Shown: positions 10,701-27,000 of the stretch, one piece after another | How the letters are laid out: each line of letters starts with the position of its first letter | How positions within the stretch are numbered: the first letter of the stretch is position 1 | NCBI GenBank assembly: GCA_964057225.1 | Contig: OZ059898.1 | Coordinates: 620,001-684,000, forward strand | Source of the DNA: Auanema rhodensis | Taxonomy: Eukaryota; Animalia; Nematoda | DNA: 64,000 nt | Direction: 5' to 3' | The notes under the pieces: model-generated | Told to the model about the DNA's origin: nothing | Database searches by the model: none | Seen by the model: the letters and a program-made list of their open reading frames with translations, nothing else | Program-made: the position numbers and the translations under genes

Positions 10701-13700
10701 TGCATCATTTTTCAAACGATCATAACTAATTTTTGTATTAAGCGTTTCTCAATGTAGTATAGTGCATTCGATGCGGATTTTTAAGCTGCGTCGATCTGTG
10801 TTATCAGATTTGCGCTAGCTTAAAAATGCACCGAGATATCAACTGATATAAGTTCACACTTATATCCTCGATTTTCACCCTGAAGAATTAATTTTTTCGT
10901 TGAATAACATTGTCCATCGTCTTTGCCTTGAAAAAAGGAATCTAAAAACATCTACTTTTTGCTAAATTATTTTGAAATTTTTCGAAAAAATTTTTGTCAA
11001 AATGTTTTTGGAAGCAATGTTGAGTGTACATGGAAACTCAACATACACTAATGCATCATTTTTCAAACGATCATAACTAATTTTTGTATTAAGCGTTTCT
11101 CAATGTAGTATAGTGCATTCGATGCGGATTTTTAAGCTGCGTCGATCTGTGTTATCAGATTTGCGCTAGCTTAAAAATGCACCGAGATATCAACTGATAT
11201 AAGTTCACACTTATATCCTCGATTTTCACCCTGAAGAATTAATTTTTTCGTTGAATAACATTGTCCATCGTCTTTGCCTTAAAAAAAGGAATCTAAAAAC
11301 ATCTACTTTTTGCTAAATTATTTTGAAATTTTTCGAAAAAATTTTTGTCAAAATGTTTTTGGAAGCAATGTTGAGTGTACATGGAAACTCAACATACACT
11401 AATGCATCATTTTTCAAACGATCATAACTAATTTTTGTATTAAGCGTTTCTCAATGTAGTATAGTGCATTCGATGCGGATTTTTAAGCTGCGTCGATCTG
11501 TGTTATCAGATTTGCGCTAGCTTAAAAATGCACCGAGATATCAACTGATATAAGTTCACACTTATATCCTCGATTTTCACCCTGAAGAATTAATTTTTTC
11601 GTTGAATAACATTGTCCATCGTCTTTGCCTTGAAAAAAGGAATCTAAAAACATCTACTTTTTGCTAAATTATTTTGAAATTTTTCGAAAAAATTTTTGTC
11701 AAAATGTTTTTGGAAGCAATGTTGAGTGTACATGGAAACTCAACATACACTAATGCATCATTTTTCAAACGATCATAACTAATTTTTGTATTAAGCGTTT
11801 CTCAATGTAGTATAGTGCATTCGATGCGGATTTTTAAGCTGCGTCGATCTGTGTTATCAGATTTGCGCTAGCTTAAAAATGCACCGAGATATCAACTGAT
11901 ATAAGTTCACACTTATATCCTCGATTTTCACCCTGAAGAATTAATTTTTTCGTTGAATAACATTGTCCATCGTCTTTGCCTTGAAAAAAGGAATCTAAAA
12001 ACATCTACTTTTTGCTAAATTATTTTGAAATTTTTCGAAAAAATTTTTGTCAAAATGTTTTTGGAAGCAATGTTGAGTGTACATGGAAACTCAACATACA
12101 CTAATGCATCATTTTTCAAACGATCATAACTAATTTTTGTATTAAGCGTTTCTCAATGTAGTATAGTGCATTCGATGCGGATTTTTAAGCTGCGTCGATC
12201 TGTGTTATCAGATTTGCGCTAGCTTAAAAATGCACCGAGATATCAACTGATATAAGTTCACACTTATATCCTCGATTTTCACCCTGAAGAATTAATTTTT
12301 TCGTTGAATAACATTGTCCATCGTCTTTGCCTTGAAAAAAGGAATCTAAAAACATCTACTTTTTGCTAAATTATTCTGAAATTTTTCGAAAAAATTTTTG
12401 TCAAAATGTTTTTGGAAGCAATGTTGAGTGTACATGGAAACTCAACATACACTAATGCATCATTTTTCAAACGATCATAACTAATTTTTGTATTAAGCGT
12501 TTCTCAATGTAGTATAGTGCATTCGATGCGGATTTTTAAGCTGCGTCGATCTGTGTTATCAGATTTGCGCTAGCTTAAAAATGCACCGAGATATCAACTG
12601 ATATAAGTTCACACTTATATCCTCGATTTTCACCCTGAAGAATTAATTTTTTCGTTGAATAACATTGTCCATCGTCTTTGCCTTGAAAAAAGAAATCTGA
12701 AAACATCTACTTTTTGCTAAATTATTTTGAAATTTTTCGAAAAAATTTTTGTCAAAATGTTTTTGGAAGCAATGTTGAGTGTACATGGAAACTCAACATA
12801 CACTAATGCATCATTTTTCAAACGATCATAACTAATTTTTGTATTAAGCGTTTCTCAATGTAGTATAGTGCATTCGATGCGGATTTTTAAGCTGCGTCGA
12901 TCTGTGTTATCAGATTTGCGCTAGCTTAAAAATGCACCGAGATATCAACTGATATAAGTTCACACTTATATCCTCGATTTTCACCCTGAAGAATTAATTT
13001 TTTCGTTGAATAACATTGTCCATCGTCTTTGCCTTGAAAAAAGGAATCTAAAAACATCTACTTTTTGCTAAATTATTTTGAAATTTTTCGAAAAAATTTT
13101 TGTCAAAATGTTTTTGGAAGCAATGTTGAGTGTACATGGAAAATCAACATACACTAATGCATCATTTTTCAAACGATCATAACTAATTTTTGTATTAAGC
13201 GTTTCTCAATGTAGTATAGTGCATTCGATGCGGATTTTTAAGCTGCGTCGATCTGTGTTATCAGATTTGCGCTAGCTTAAAAATCCACCGAGATATCAAC
13301 TGATATAAGTTCACACTTATATCCTCGATTTTCACCCTGAAGAATTAATTTTTTCGTTGAATAACATTGTCCATCGTCTTTGCCTTGAAAAAAGGAATCT
13401 AAAAACATCTACTTTTTGCTAAATTATTTTGAAATTTTTCGAAAAAATTTTTGTCAAAATGTTTTTGGAAGCAATGTTGAGTGTACATGGAAACTCAACA
13501 TACACTAATGCATCATTTTTCAAACGATCATAACTAATTTTTGTATTAAGCGTTTCTCAATGTAATATAGTGCATTCGATGCGGATTTTTAAGCTGCGTC
13601 GATCTGTGTTATCAGATTTGCGCTAGCTTAAAAATCCACCGAGATATCAACTGATATAAGTTCACACTTATATCCTCGATTTTCACCCTGAAGAATTAAT

Positions 13701-16700
13701 TTTTTCGTTGAATAACATTGTCCATCGTCTTTGCCTTGAAAAAAGGAATCTAAAAACATCTACTTTTTGCTAAATTATTTTGAAATTTTTCGAAAAAATT
13801 TTTGTCAAAATGTTTTTGGAAGCAATGTTGAGTGTACATGGAAACTCAACATACACTAATGCATCATTTTTCAAACGATCATAACTAATTTTTGTATTAA
13901 GCGTTTCTCAATGTAGTATAGTGCAATCGATGCGGATTTTTAAGCTGCGTCGATCTGTGTTATCAGATTTGCGCTAGCTTAAAAATGCACCGAGATATCA
14001 ACTGATATAAGTTCACACTTATATCCTCGATTTTCACCCTGAAGAATTAATTTTTTCGTTGAATAACATTGTCCATCGTCTTTGCCTTGAAAAAAGGAAT
14101 CTAAAAACATCTACTTTTTGCTAAATTATTTTGAAATTTTTCGAAAAAATTTTTGTCAAAATGTTTTTGGAAGCAATGTTGAGTGTACATGGAAACTCAA
14201 CATACACTAATGCATCATTTTTCAAACGATCATAACTAATTTTTGTATTAAGCGTTTCTCAATGTAGTATAGTGCAATCGATGCGGATTTTTAAGCTGCG
14301 TCGATCTGTGTTATCAGATTTGCGCTAGCTTAAAAATGCACCGAGATATCAACTGATATAAGTTCACACTTATATCCTCGATTTTCACCCTGAAGAATTA
14401 ATTTTTTCGTTGAATAACATTGTCCATCGTCTTTGCCTTGAAAAAAGGAATCTAAAAACATCTACTTTTTGCTAAATTATTTTGAAATTTTTCGAAAAAA
14501 TTTTTGTCAAAATGTTTTTGGAAGCAATGTTGAGTGTACATGGAAACTCAACATACACTAATGCATCATTTTTCAAACGATCATAACTAATTTTTGTATT
14601 AAGCGTTTCTCAATGTAGTATAGTGCAATCGATGCGGATTTTTAAGCTGCGTCGATCTGTGTTATCAGATTTGCGCTAGCTTAAAAATGCACCGAGATAT
14701 CAACTGATATAAGTTCACACTTATATCCTCGATTTTCACCCTGAAGAATTAATTTTTTCGTTGAATAACATTGTCCATCGTCTTTGCCTTGAAAAAAGGA
14801 ATCTAAAAACATCTACTTTTTGCTAAATTATTTTGAAATTTTTCGAAAAAATTTTTGTCAAAATGTTTTTGGAAGCAATGTTGAGTGTACATGGAAACTC
14901 AACATACACTAATGCATCATTTTTCAAACGATCATAACTAATTTTTGTATTAAGCGTTTCTCAATGTAGTATAGTGCATTCGATGCGGATTTTTAAGCTG
15001 CGTCGATCTGTGTTATCAGATTTGCGCTAGCTTAAAAATCTACCGAGATATCAACTGATATAAGTTCACACTTATATCCTCGATTTTCACCCTGAAGAAT
15101 TAATTTTTTCGTTGAATAACATTGTCCATCGTCTTTGCCTTGAAAAAAGGAATCTAAAAACATCTACTTTTTGCTAAATTATTTTGAAATTTTTCGAAAA
15201 AATTTTTGTCAAAATGTTTTTGGAAGCAATGTTGAGTGTACATGGAAACTCAACATACACTAATGCATCATTTTTCAAACGATCATAACTAATTTTTGTA
15301 TTAAGCGTTTCTCAATGTAATATAGTGCATTCGATGCGGATTTTTAAGCTGCGTCGATCTGTGTTATCAGATTTGCGCTAGCTTAAAAATCCACCGAGAT
15401 ATCAACTGATATAAGTTCACACTTATATCCTCGATTTTCACCCTGAAGAATTAATTTTTTCGTTGAATAACATTGTCCATCGTCTTTGCCTTGAAAAAAG
15501 GAATCTAAAAACATCTACTTTTTGCTAAATTATTTTGAAATTTTTCGAAAAAATTTTTGTCAAAATGTTTTTGGAAGCAATGTTGAGTGTACATGGAAAC
15601 TCAACATACACTAATGCATCATTTTTCAAACGATCATAACTAATTTTTGTATTAAGCGTTTCTCAATGTAGTATAGTGCAATCGATGCGGATTTTTAAGC
15701 TGCGTCGATCTGTGTTATCAGATTTGCGCTAGCTTAAAAATGCACCGAGATATCAACTGATATAAGTTCACACTTATATCCTCGATTTTCACCCTGAAGA
15801 ATTAATTTTTTCGTTGAATAACATTGTCCATCGTCTTTGCCTTGAAAAAAGGAATCTAAAAACATCTACTTTTTGCTAAATTATTTTGAAATTTTTCGAA
15901 AAAATTTTTGTCAAAATGTTTTTGGAAGCAATGTTGAGTGTACATGGAAACTCAACATACACTAATGCATCATTTTTCAAACGATCATAACTAATTTTTG
16001 TATTAAGCGTTTCTCAATGTAGTATAGTGCAATCGATGCGGATTTTTAAGCTGCGTCGATCTGTGTTATCAGATTTGCGCTAGCTTAAAAATGCACCGAG
16101 ATATCAACTGATATAAGTTCACACTTATATCCTCGATTTTCACCCTGAAGAATTAATTTTTTCGTTGAATAACATTGTCCATCGTCTTTGCCTTGAAAAA
16201 AGGAATCTAAAAACATCTACTTTTTGCTAAATTATTTTGAAATTTTTCGAAAAAATTTTTGTCAAAATGTTTTTGGAAGCAATGTTGAGTGTACATGGAA
16301 ACTCAACATACACTAATGCATCATTTTTCAAACGATCATAACTAATTTTTGTATTAAGCGTTTCTCAATGTAGTATAGTGCATTCGATGCGGATTTTTAA
16401 GCTGCGTCGATCTGTGTTATCAGATTTGCGCTAGCTTAAAAATCTACCGAGATATCAACTGATATAAGTTCACACTTATATCCTCGATTTTCACCCTGAA
16501 GAATTAATTTTTTCGTTGAATAACATTGTCCATCGTCTTTGCCTTGAAAAAAGGAATCTAAAAACATCTACTTTTTGCTAAATTATTTTGAAATTTTTCG
16601 AAAAAATTTTTGTCAAAATGTTTTTGGAAGCAATGTTGAGTGTACATGGAAACTCAACATACACTAATGCATCATTTTTCAAACGATCATAACTAATTTT

Positions 16701-19700
16701 TGTATTAAGCGTTTCTCAATGTAGTATAGTGCATTCGATGCGGATTTTTAAGCTGCGTCGATCTGTGTTATCAGATTTGCGCTAGCTTAAAAATGCACCG
16801 AGATATCATTTGATATAAGTTCACACTTATATCCTCGATTTTCACCCTGAAGAATTAATTTTTTCGTTGAATAACATTGTCCATCGTCTTTGCTTTGAAA
16901 AAAGGAATCTAAAAACATCTACTATTTGCTAAATTATTTTGAAATTTTTCGAAAAAATTTTTGTCAAAATGTTTTTGGAAGCAATGTTGAGTGTACATGG
17001 AAACTCAACAAACACTAATGCATCATTTTTCAAACGATCATAACTAATTTTTGTATTAAGCGTTTCTCAATGTAGTATAGTGCATTCGATGCGGATTTTT
17101 AAGCTGCGTCGATCTGTGTTATCAGATTTGCGCTAGCTTAAAAATGCACCGAGATATCAACTGATATGAGTTCACACTTATATCCTCGATTTTTACCCTG
17201 AAGAATTAATTTTTTCGTTGAATAACATTGTCCATCGTCTTTGCCTTGAAAAAAGGAATCTAAAAACATCTACTTTTTGCTAAATTATTTTGAAATTTTT
17301 CGAAAAAATTTTTGTCAAAATGTTTTTGGAAGCAATGTTGAGTGTACATGGAAACTCAACATACACTAATGCATCATTTTTCAAACGATCATAACTAATT
17401 TTTGTATTAAGCGTTTCTCAATGTAGTATAGTGCATTCGATGCGGATTTTTAAGCTGCGTCGATCTGTGTTATCAGATTTGCGCTAGCTTAAAAATGCAC
17501 CGAGATATCAACTGATATAAGTTCACACTTATATCCTCGATTTTCACCCTGAAGAATTAATTTTTTCGTTGAATAACATTGTCCATCGTCTTTGCCTTGA
17601 AAAAAGGAATCTAAAAACATCTACTTTTTGCTAAATTATTTTGAAATTTTTCGAAAAAATTTTTGTCAAAATGTTTTTGGAAGCAATGTTGAGTGTACAT
17701 GGAAACTCAACATACACTAATGCATCATTTTTCAAACGATCATAACTAATTTTTGTATTAAGCGTTTCTCAATGTAGTATAGTGCATTCGATGCGGATTT
17801 TTAAGCTGCGTCGATCTGTGTTATCAGATTTGCGCTAGCTTAAAAATGCACCGAGATATCAACTGATATAAGTTCACACTTATATCCTCGATTTTCACCC
17901 TGAAGAATTAATTTTTTCGTTGAATAACATTGTCCATCGTCTTTGCCTTGAAAAAAGGAATCTAAAAACATCTACTTTTTGCTAAATTATTTTGAAATTT
18001 TTCGAAAAAATTTTTGTCAAAATGTTTTTGGAAGCAATGTTGAGTGTACATGGAAACTCAACATACACTAATGCATCATTTTTCAAACGATCATAACTAA
18101 TTTTTGTATTAAGCGTTTCTCAATGTAGTATAGTGCATTCGATGCGGATTTTTAAGCTGCGTCGATCTGTGTTATCAGATTTGCGCTAGCTTAAAAATGC
18201 ACCGAGATATCAACTGATATAAGTTCACACTTATATCCTCGATTTTTACCCTGAAGAATTAATTTTTTCGTTGAATAACATTGTCCATCGTCTTTGCCTT
18301 GAAAAAAGGAATCTAAAAACATCTACTATTTGCTAAATTATTTTGAAATTTTTCGAAAAAATTTTTGTCAAAATGTTTTTGGAAGCAATGTTGAGTGTAC
18401 ATGGAAACTCAACATACACTAATGCATCATTTTTCAAACGATCATAACTAATTTTTGTATTAAGCGTTTCTCAATGTAGTATAGTGCATTCGATGCGGAT
18501 TTTTAAGCTGCGTCGATCTGTGTTATCAGATTTGCGCTAGCTTAAAAATGCACCGAGATATCAACTGATATAAGTTCACACTTATATCCTCGATTTTTAC
18601 CCTGAAGAATTAATTTTTTCGTTGAATAACATTGTCCATCGTCTTTGCCTTGAAAAAAGGAATCTAAAAACATCTACTTTTTGCTAAATTATTTTGAAAT
18701 TTTTCGAAAAAATTTTTGTCAAAATGTTTTTGGAAGCAATGTTGAGTGTACATGGAAACTCAACATACACTAATGCATCATTTTTCAAACGATCATAACT
18801 AATTTTTGTATTAAGCGTTTCTCAATGTAGTATAGTGCATTCGATGCGGATTTTTAAGCTGCGTCGATCTGTGTTATCAGATTTGCGCTAGCTTAAAAAT
18901 GCACCGAGATATCAACTGATATAAGTTCACACTTATATCCTCGATTTTCACCCTGAAGAATTAATTTTTTCGTTGAATAACATTGTCCATCGTCTTTGCC
19001 TTGAAAAAAGGAATCTAAAAACATCTACTTTTTGCTAAATTATTTTGAAATTTTTCGAAAAAATTTTTGTCAAAATGTTTTTGGAAGCAATGTTGAGTGT
19101 ACATGGAAACTCAACATACACTAATGCATCATTTTTCAAACGATCATAACTAATTTTTGTATTAAGCGTTTCTCAATGTAGTATAGTGCATTCGATGCGG
19201 ATTTTTAAGCTGCGTCGATCTGTGTTATCAGATTTGCGCTAGCTTAAAAATGCACCGAGATATCAACTGATATAAGTTCACACTTATATCCTCGATTTTC
19301 ACCCTGAAGAATTAATTTTTTCGTTGAATAACATTGTCCATCGTCTTTGCCTTGAAAAAAGGAATCTAAAAACATCTACTTTTTGCTAAAATATTTTGAA
19401 ATTTTTCGAAAAAATTTTTGTCAAAATGTTTTTGGAAGCAATGTTGAGTGTACATGGAAACTCAACATACACTAATGCATCATTTTTCAAACGATCATAA
19501 CTAATTTTTGTATTAAGCGTTTCTCAATGTAGTATAGTGCATTCGATGCGGATTTTTAAGCTGCGTCGATCTGTGTTATCAGATTTGCGCTATCTTAAAA
19601 ATGCACCGAGATATCAACTGATATAAGTTCACACTTATATCCTCGATTTTCACCCTGAAGAATTAATTTTTTCGTTGAATAACATTGTCCATCGTCTTTG

Positions 19701-21059
19701 CCTTGAAAAAAGGAATCTAAAAACATCTACTTTTTGCTAAATTATTTTGAAATTTTTCGAAAAAATTTTTGTCAAAATGTTTTTGGAAGCAATGTTGAGT
19801 GTACATGGAAACTCAACATACACTAATGCATCATTTTTCAAACGATCATAACTAATTTTTGTATTAAGCGTTTCTCAATGTAGTATAGTGCATTCGATGC
19901 GGATTTTTAAGCTGCGTCGATCTGTGTTATCAGATTTGCGCTAGCTTAAAAATGCACCGAGATATCAACTGATATAAGTTCACACTTATATCCTCGATTT
20001 TCACCCTGAAGAATTAATTTTTTCGTTGAATAACATTGTCCATCGTCTTTGCCTTGAAAAAAGGAATCTAAAAACATCTACTTTTTGCTAAATTATTTTG
20101 AAATTTTTCGAAAAAATTTTTGTCAAAATGTTTTTGGAAGCAATGTTGAGTGTACATGGAAACTCAACATACACTAATGCATCATTTTTCAAACGATCAT
20201 AACTAATTTTTGTATTAAGCGTTTCTCAATGTAATATAGTGCATTCGATGCGGATTTTTAAGCTGCGTCGATCTGTGTTATCAGATTTGCGCTAGCTTAA
20301 AAATCCACCGAGATATCAACTGATATAAGTTCACACTTATATCCTCGATTTTCACCCTGAAGAATTAATTTTTTCGTTGAATAACATTGTCCATCGTCTT
20401 TGCCTTGAAAAAAGGAATCTAAAAACATCTACTTTTTGCTAAATTATTTTGAAATTTTTCGAAAAAATTTTTGTCAAAATGTTTTTGGAAGCAATGTTGA
20501 GTGTACATGGAAACTCAACATACACTAATGCATCATTTTTCAAACGATCATAACTAATTTTTGTATTAAGCGTTTCTCAATGTAGTATAGTGCAATCGAT
20601 GCGGATTTTTAAGCTGCGTCGATCTGTGTTATCAGATTTGCGCTAGCTTAAAAATGCACCGAGATATCAACTGATATAAGTTCACACTTATATCCTCGAT
20701 TTTCACCCTGAAGAATTAATTTTTTCGTTGAATAACATTGTCCATCGTCTTTGCCTTGAAAAAAGGAATCTAAAAACATCTACTTTTTGCTAAATTATTT
20801 TGAAATTTTTCGAAAAAATTTTTGTCAAAATGTTTTTGGAAGCAATGTTGAGTGTACATGGAAACTCAACATACACTAATGCATCATTTTTCAAACGATC
20901 ATAACTAATTTTTGTATTAAGCGTTTCTCAATGTAGTATAGTGCATTCGATGCGGATTTTTAAGCTGCGTCGATCTGTGTTATCAGATTTGCGCTAGCTT
21001 AAAAATGCACCGAGATATCAACTGATATAAGTTCACACTTATATCCTCGATTTTCACCC

Positions 21060-24000
21060 TGAAGAATTAATTTTTTCGTTGAATAACATTGTCCATCGTC
21101 TTTGCCTTGAAAAAAGGAATCTAAAAACATCTACTTTTTGCTAAATTATTTTGAAATTTTTCGAAAAAATTTTTGTCAAAATGTTTTTGGAAGCAATGTT
21201 GAGTGTACATGGAAACTCAACATACACTAATGCATCATTTTTCAAACGATCATAACTAATTTTTGTATTAAGCGTTTCTCAATGTAGTATAGTGCATTCG
21301 ATGCGGATTTTTAAGCTGCGTCGATCTGTGTTATCAGATTTGCGCTAGCTTAAAAATGCACCGAGATATCATTTGATATAAGTTCACACTTATATCCTCG
21401 ATTTTCACCCTGAAGAATTAATTTTTTCGTTGAATAACATTGTCCATCGTCTTTGCCTTGAAAAAAGGAATCTAAAAACATCTACTATTTGCTAAATTAT
21501 TTTGAAATTTTTCGAAAAAATTTTTGTCAAAATGTTTTTGGAAGCAATGTTGAGTGTACATGGAAACTCAACAAACACTAATGCATCATTTTTCAAACGA
21601 TCATAACTAATTTTTGTATTAAGCGTTTCTCAATGTAGTATAGTGCATTCGATGCGGATTTTTAAGCTGCGTCGATCTGTGTTATCAGATTTGCGCTAGC
21701 TTAAAAATGCACCGAGATATCAACTGATATAAGTTCACACTTATATCCTCGATTTTTACCCTGAAGAATTAATTTTTTCGTTGAATAACATTGTCCATCG
21801 TCTTTGCCTTGAAAAAAGGAATCTAAAAACATCTACTTTTTGCTAAATTATTTTGAAATTTTTCGAAAAAATTTTTGTCAAAATGTTTTTGGAAGCAATG
21901 TTGAGTGTACATGGAAACTCAACATACACTAATGCATCATTTTTCAAACGATCATAACTAATTTTTGTATTAAGCGTTTCTCAATGTAGTATAGTGCATT
22001 CGATGCGGATTTTTAAGCTGCGTCGATCTGTGTTATCAGATTTGCGCTAGCTTAAAAATGCACCGAGATATCAACTGATATAAGTTCACACTTATATCCT
22101 CGATTTTCACCCTGAAGAATTAATTTTTTCGTTGAATAACATTGTCCATCGTCTTTGCCTTGAAAAAAGGAATCTAAAAACATCTACTTTTTGCTAAATT
22201 ATTTTGAAATTTTTCGAAAAAATTTTTGTCAAAATGTTTTTGGAAGCAATGTTGAGTGTACATGGAAACTCAACATACACTAATGCATCATTTTTCAAAC
22301 GATCATAACTAATTTTTGTATTAAGCGTTTCTCAATGTAGTATAGTGCATTCGATGCGGATTTTTAAGCTGCGTCGATCTGTGTTATCAGATTTGCGCTA
22401 GCTTAAAAATGCACCGAGATATCAACTGATATAAGTTCACACTTATATCCTCGATTTTTACCCTGAAGAATTAATTTTTTTGTTGAATAACATTGTCCAT
22501 CGTCTTTGCCTTGAAAAAAGGAATCTAAAAACATCTACTTTTTGCTAAATTATTTTGAAATTTTTCGAAAAAATTTTTGTCAAAATGTTTTTGGAAGCAA
22601 TGTTGAGTGTACATGGAAACTCAACATACACTAATGCATCATTTTTCAAACGATCATAACTAATTTTTGTATTAAGCGTTTCTCAATGTAGTATAGTGCA
22701 TTCGATGCGGATTTTTAAGCTGCGTCGATCTGTGTTATCAGATTTGCGCTAGCTTAAAAATGCACCGAGATATCAACTGATATAAGTTCACACTTATATC
22801 CTCGATTTTCACCCTGAAGAATTAATTTTTTCGTTGAATAACATTGTCCATCGTCTTTGCCTTGAAAAAAGGAATCTAAAAACATCTACTTTTTGCTAAA
22901 ATATTTTGAAATTTTTCGAAAAAATTTTTGTCAAAATGTTTTTGGAAGCAATGTTGAGTGTACATGGAAACTCAACATACACTAATGCATCATTTTTCAA
23001 ACGATCATAACTAATTTTTGTATTAAGCGTTTCTCAATGTAGTATAGTGCATTCGATGCGGATTTTTAAGCTGCGTCGATCTGTGTTATCAGATTTGCGC
23101 TATCTTAAAAATGCACCGAGATATCAACTGATATAAGTTCACACTTATATCCTCGATTTTCACCCTGAAGAATTAATTTTTTCGTTGAATAACATTGTCC
23201 ATCGTCTTTGCCTTGAAAAAAGGAATCTAAAAACATCTACTTTTTGCTAAATTATTTTGAAATTTTTCGAAAAAATTTTTGTCAAAATGTTTTTGGAAGC
23301 AATGTTGAGTGTACATGGAAACTCAACATACACTAATGCATCATTTTTCAAACGATCATAACTAATTTTTGTATTAAGCGTTTCTCAATGTAGTATAGTG
23401 CATTCGATGCGGATTTTTAAGCTGCGTCGATCTGTGTTATCAGATTTGCGCTAGCTTAAAAATGCACCGAGATATCAACTGATATAAGTTCACACTTATA
23501 TCCTCGATTTTCACCCTGAAGAATTAATTTTTTCGTTGAATAACATTGTCCATCGTCTTTGCCTTGAAAAAAGGAATCTAAAAACATCTACTTTTTGCTA
23601 AATTATTTTGAAATTTTTCGAAAAAATTTTTGTCAAAATGTTTTTGGAAGCAATGTTGAGTGTACATGGAAACTCAACATACACTAATGCATCATTTTTC
23701 AAACGATCATAACTAATTTTTGTATTAAGCGTTTCTCAATGTAGTATAGTGCATTCGATGCGGATTTTTAAGCTGCGTCGATCTGTGTTATCAGATTTGC
23801 GCTAGCTTAAAAATGCACCGAGATATCATTTGATATAAGTTCACACTTATATCCTCGATTTTCACCCTGAAGAATTAATTTTTTCGTTGAATAACATTGT
23901 CCATCGTCTTTGCCTTGAAAAAAGGAATCTAAAAACATCTACTATTTGCTAAATTATTTTGAAATTTTTCGAAAAAATTTTTGTCAAAATGTTTTTGGAA

Positions 24001-27000
24001 GCAATGTTGAGTGTACATGGAAACTCAACAAACACTAATGCATCATTTTTCAAACGATCATAACTAATTTTTGTATTAAGCGTTTCTCAATGTAGTATAG
24101 TGCATTCGATGCGGATTTTTAAGCTGCGTCGATCTGTGTTATCAGATTTGCGCTAGCTTAAAAATGCACCGAGATATCAACTGATATAAGTTCACACTTA
24201 TATCCTCGATTTTTACCCTGAAGAATTAATTTTTTCGTTGAATAACATTGTCCATCGTCTTTGCCTTGAAAAAAGGAATCTAAAAACATCTACTTTTTGC
24301 TAAATTATTTTGAAATTTTTCGAAAAAATTTTTGTCAAAATGTTTTTGGAAGCAATGTTGAGTGTACATGGAAACTCAACATACACTAATGCATCATTTT
24401 TCAAACGATCATAACTAATTTTTGTATTAAGCGTTTCTCAATGTAGTATAGTGCATTCGATGCGGATTTTTAAGCTGCGTCGATCTGTGTTATCAGATTT
24501 GCGCTAGCTTAAAAATGCACCGAGATATCAACTGATATAAGTTCACACTTATATCCTCGATTTTCACCCTGAAGAATTAATTTTTTCGTTGAATAACATT
24601 GTCCATCGTCTTTGCCTTGAAAAAAGGAATCTAAAAACATCTACTTTTTGCTAAATTATTTTGAAATTTTTCGAAAAAATTTTTGTCAAAATGTTTTTGG
24701 AAGCAATGTTGAGTGTACATGGAAACTCAACATACACTAATGCATCATTTTTCAAACGATCATAACTAATTTTTGTATTAAGCGTTTCTCAATGTAGTAT
24801 AGTGCATTCGATGCGGATTTTTAAGCTGCGTCGATCTGTGTTATCAGATTTGCGCTAGCTTAAAAATGCACCGAGATATCAACTGATATAAGTTCACACT
24901 TATATCCTCGATTTTTACCCTGAAGAATTAATTTTTTTGTTGAATAACATTGTCCATCGTCTTTGCCTTGAAAAAAGGAATCTAAAAACATCTACTTTTT
25001 GCTAAATTATTTTGAAATTTTTCGAAAAAATTTTTGTCAAAATGTTTTTGGAAGCAATGTTGAGTGTACATGGAAACTCAACATACACTAATGCATCATT
25101 TTTCAAACGATCATAACTAATTTTTGTATTAAGCGTTTCTCAATGTAGTATAGTGCATTCGATGCGGATTTTTAAGCTGCGTCGATCTGTGTTATCAGAT
25201 TTGCGCTAGCTTAAAAATGCACCGAGATATCAACTGATATAAGTTCACACTTATATCCTCGATTTTCACCCTGAAGAATTAATTTTTTCGTTGAATAACA
25301 TTGTCCATCGTCTTTGCCTTGAAAAAAGGAATCTAAAAACATCTACTTTTTGCTAAAATATTTTGAAATTTTTCGAAAAAATTTTTGTCAAAATGTTTTT
25401 GGAAGCAATGTTGAGTGTACATGGAAACTCAACATACACTAATGCATCATTTTTCAAACGATCATAACTAATTTTTGTATTAAGCGTTTCTCAATGTAGT
25501 ATAGTGCATTCGATGCGGATTTTTAAGCTGCGTCGATCTGTGTTATCAGATTTGCGCTATCTTAAAAATGCACCGAGATATCAACTGATATAAGTTCACA
25601 CTTATATCCTCGATTTTCACCCTGAAGAATTAATTTTTTCGTTGAATAACATTGTCCATCGTCTTTGCCTTGAAAAAAGGAATCTAAAAACATCTACTTT
25701 TTGCTAAATTATTTTGAAATTTTTCGAAAAAATTTTTGTCAAAATGTTTTTGGAAGCAATGTTGAGTGTACATGGAAACTCAACATACACTAATGCATCA
25801 TTTTTCAAACGATCATAACTAATTTTTGTATTAAGCGTTTCTCAATGTAGTATAGTGCATTCGATGCGGATTTTTAAGCTGCGTCGATCTGTGTTATCAG
25901 ATTTGCGCTAGCTTAAAAATGCACCGAGATATCAACTGATATAAGTTCACACTTATATCCTCGATTTTCACCCTGAAGAATTAATTTTTTCGTTGAATAA
26001 CATTGTCCATCGTCTTTGCCTTGAAAAAAGGAATCTAAAAACATCTACTTTTTGCTAAATTATTTTGAAATTTTTCGAAAAAATTTTTGTCAAAATGTTT
26101 TTGGAAGCAATGTTGAGTGTACATGGAAACTCAACATACACTAATGCATCATTTTTCAAACGATCATAACTAATTTTTGTATTAAGCGTTTCTCAATGTA
26201 GTATAGTGCATTCGATGCGGATTTTTAAGCTGCGTCGATCTGTGTTATCAGATTTGCGCTAGCTTAAAAATGCACCGAGATATCATTTGATATAAGTTCA
26301 CACTTATATCCTCGATTTTCACCCTGAAGAATTAATTTTTTCGTTGAATAACATTGTCCATCGTCTTTGCCTTGAAAAAAGGAATCTAAAAACATCTACT
26401 ATTTGCTAAATTATTTTGAAATTTTTCGAAAAAATTTTTGTCAAAATGTTTTTGGAAGCAATGTTGAGTGTACATGGAAACTCAACAAACACTAATGCAT
26501 CATTTTTCAAACGATCATAACTAATTTTTGTATTAAGCGTTTCTCAATGTAGTATAGTGCATTCGATGCGGATTTTTAAGCTGCGTCGATCTGTGTTATC
26601 AGATTTGCGCTAGCTTAAAAATGCACCGAGATATCAACTGATATAAGTTCACACTTATATCCTCGATTTTCACCCTGAAGAATTAATTTTTTCGTTGAAT
26701 AACATTGTCCATCGTCTTTGCCTTGAAAAAAGGAATCTAAAAACATCTACTTTTTGCTAAATTATTTTGAAATTTTTCGAAAAAATTTTTGTCAAAATGT
26801 TTTTGGAAGCAATGTTGAGTGTACATGGAAACTCAACATACACTAATGCATCATTTTTCAAACGATCATAACTAATTTTTGTATTAAGCGTTTCTCAATG
26901 TAGTATAGTGCATTCGATGCGGATTTTTAAGCTGCGTCGATCTGTGTTATCAGATTTGCGCTAGCTTAAAAATGCACCGAGATATCAACTGATATAAGTT

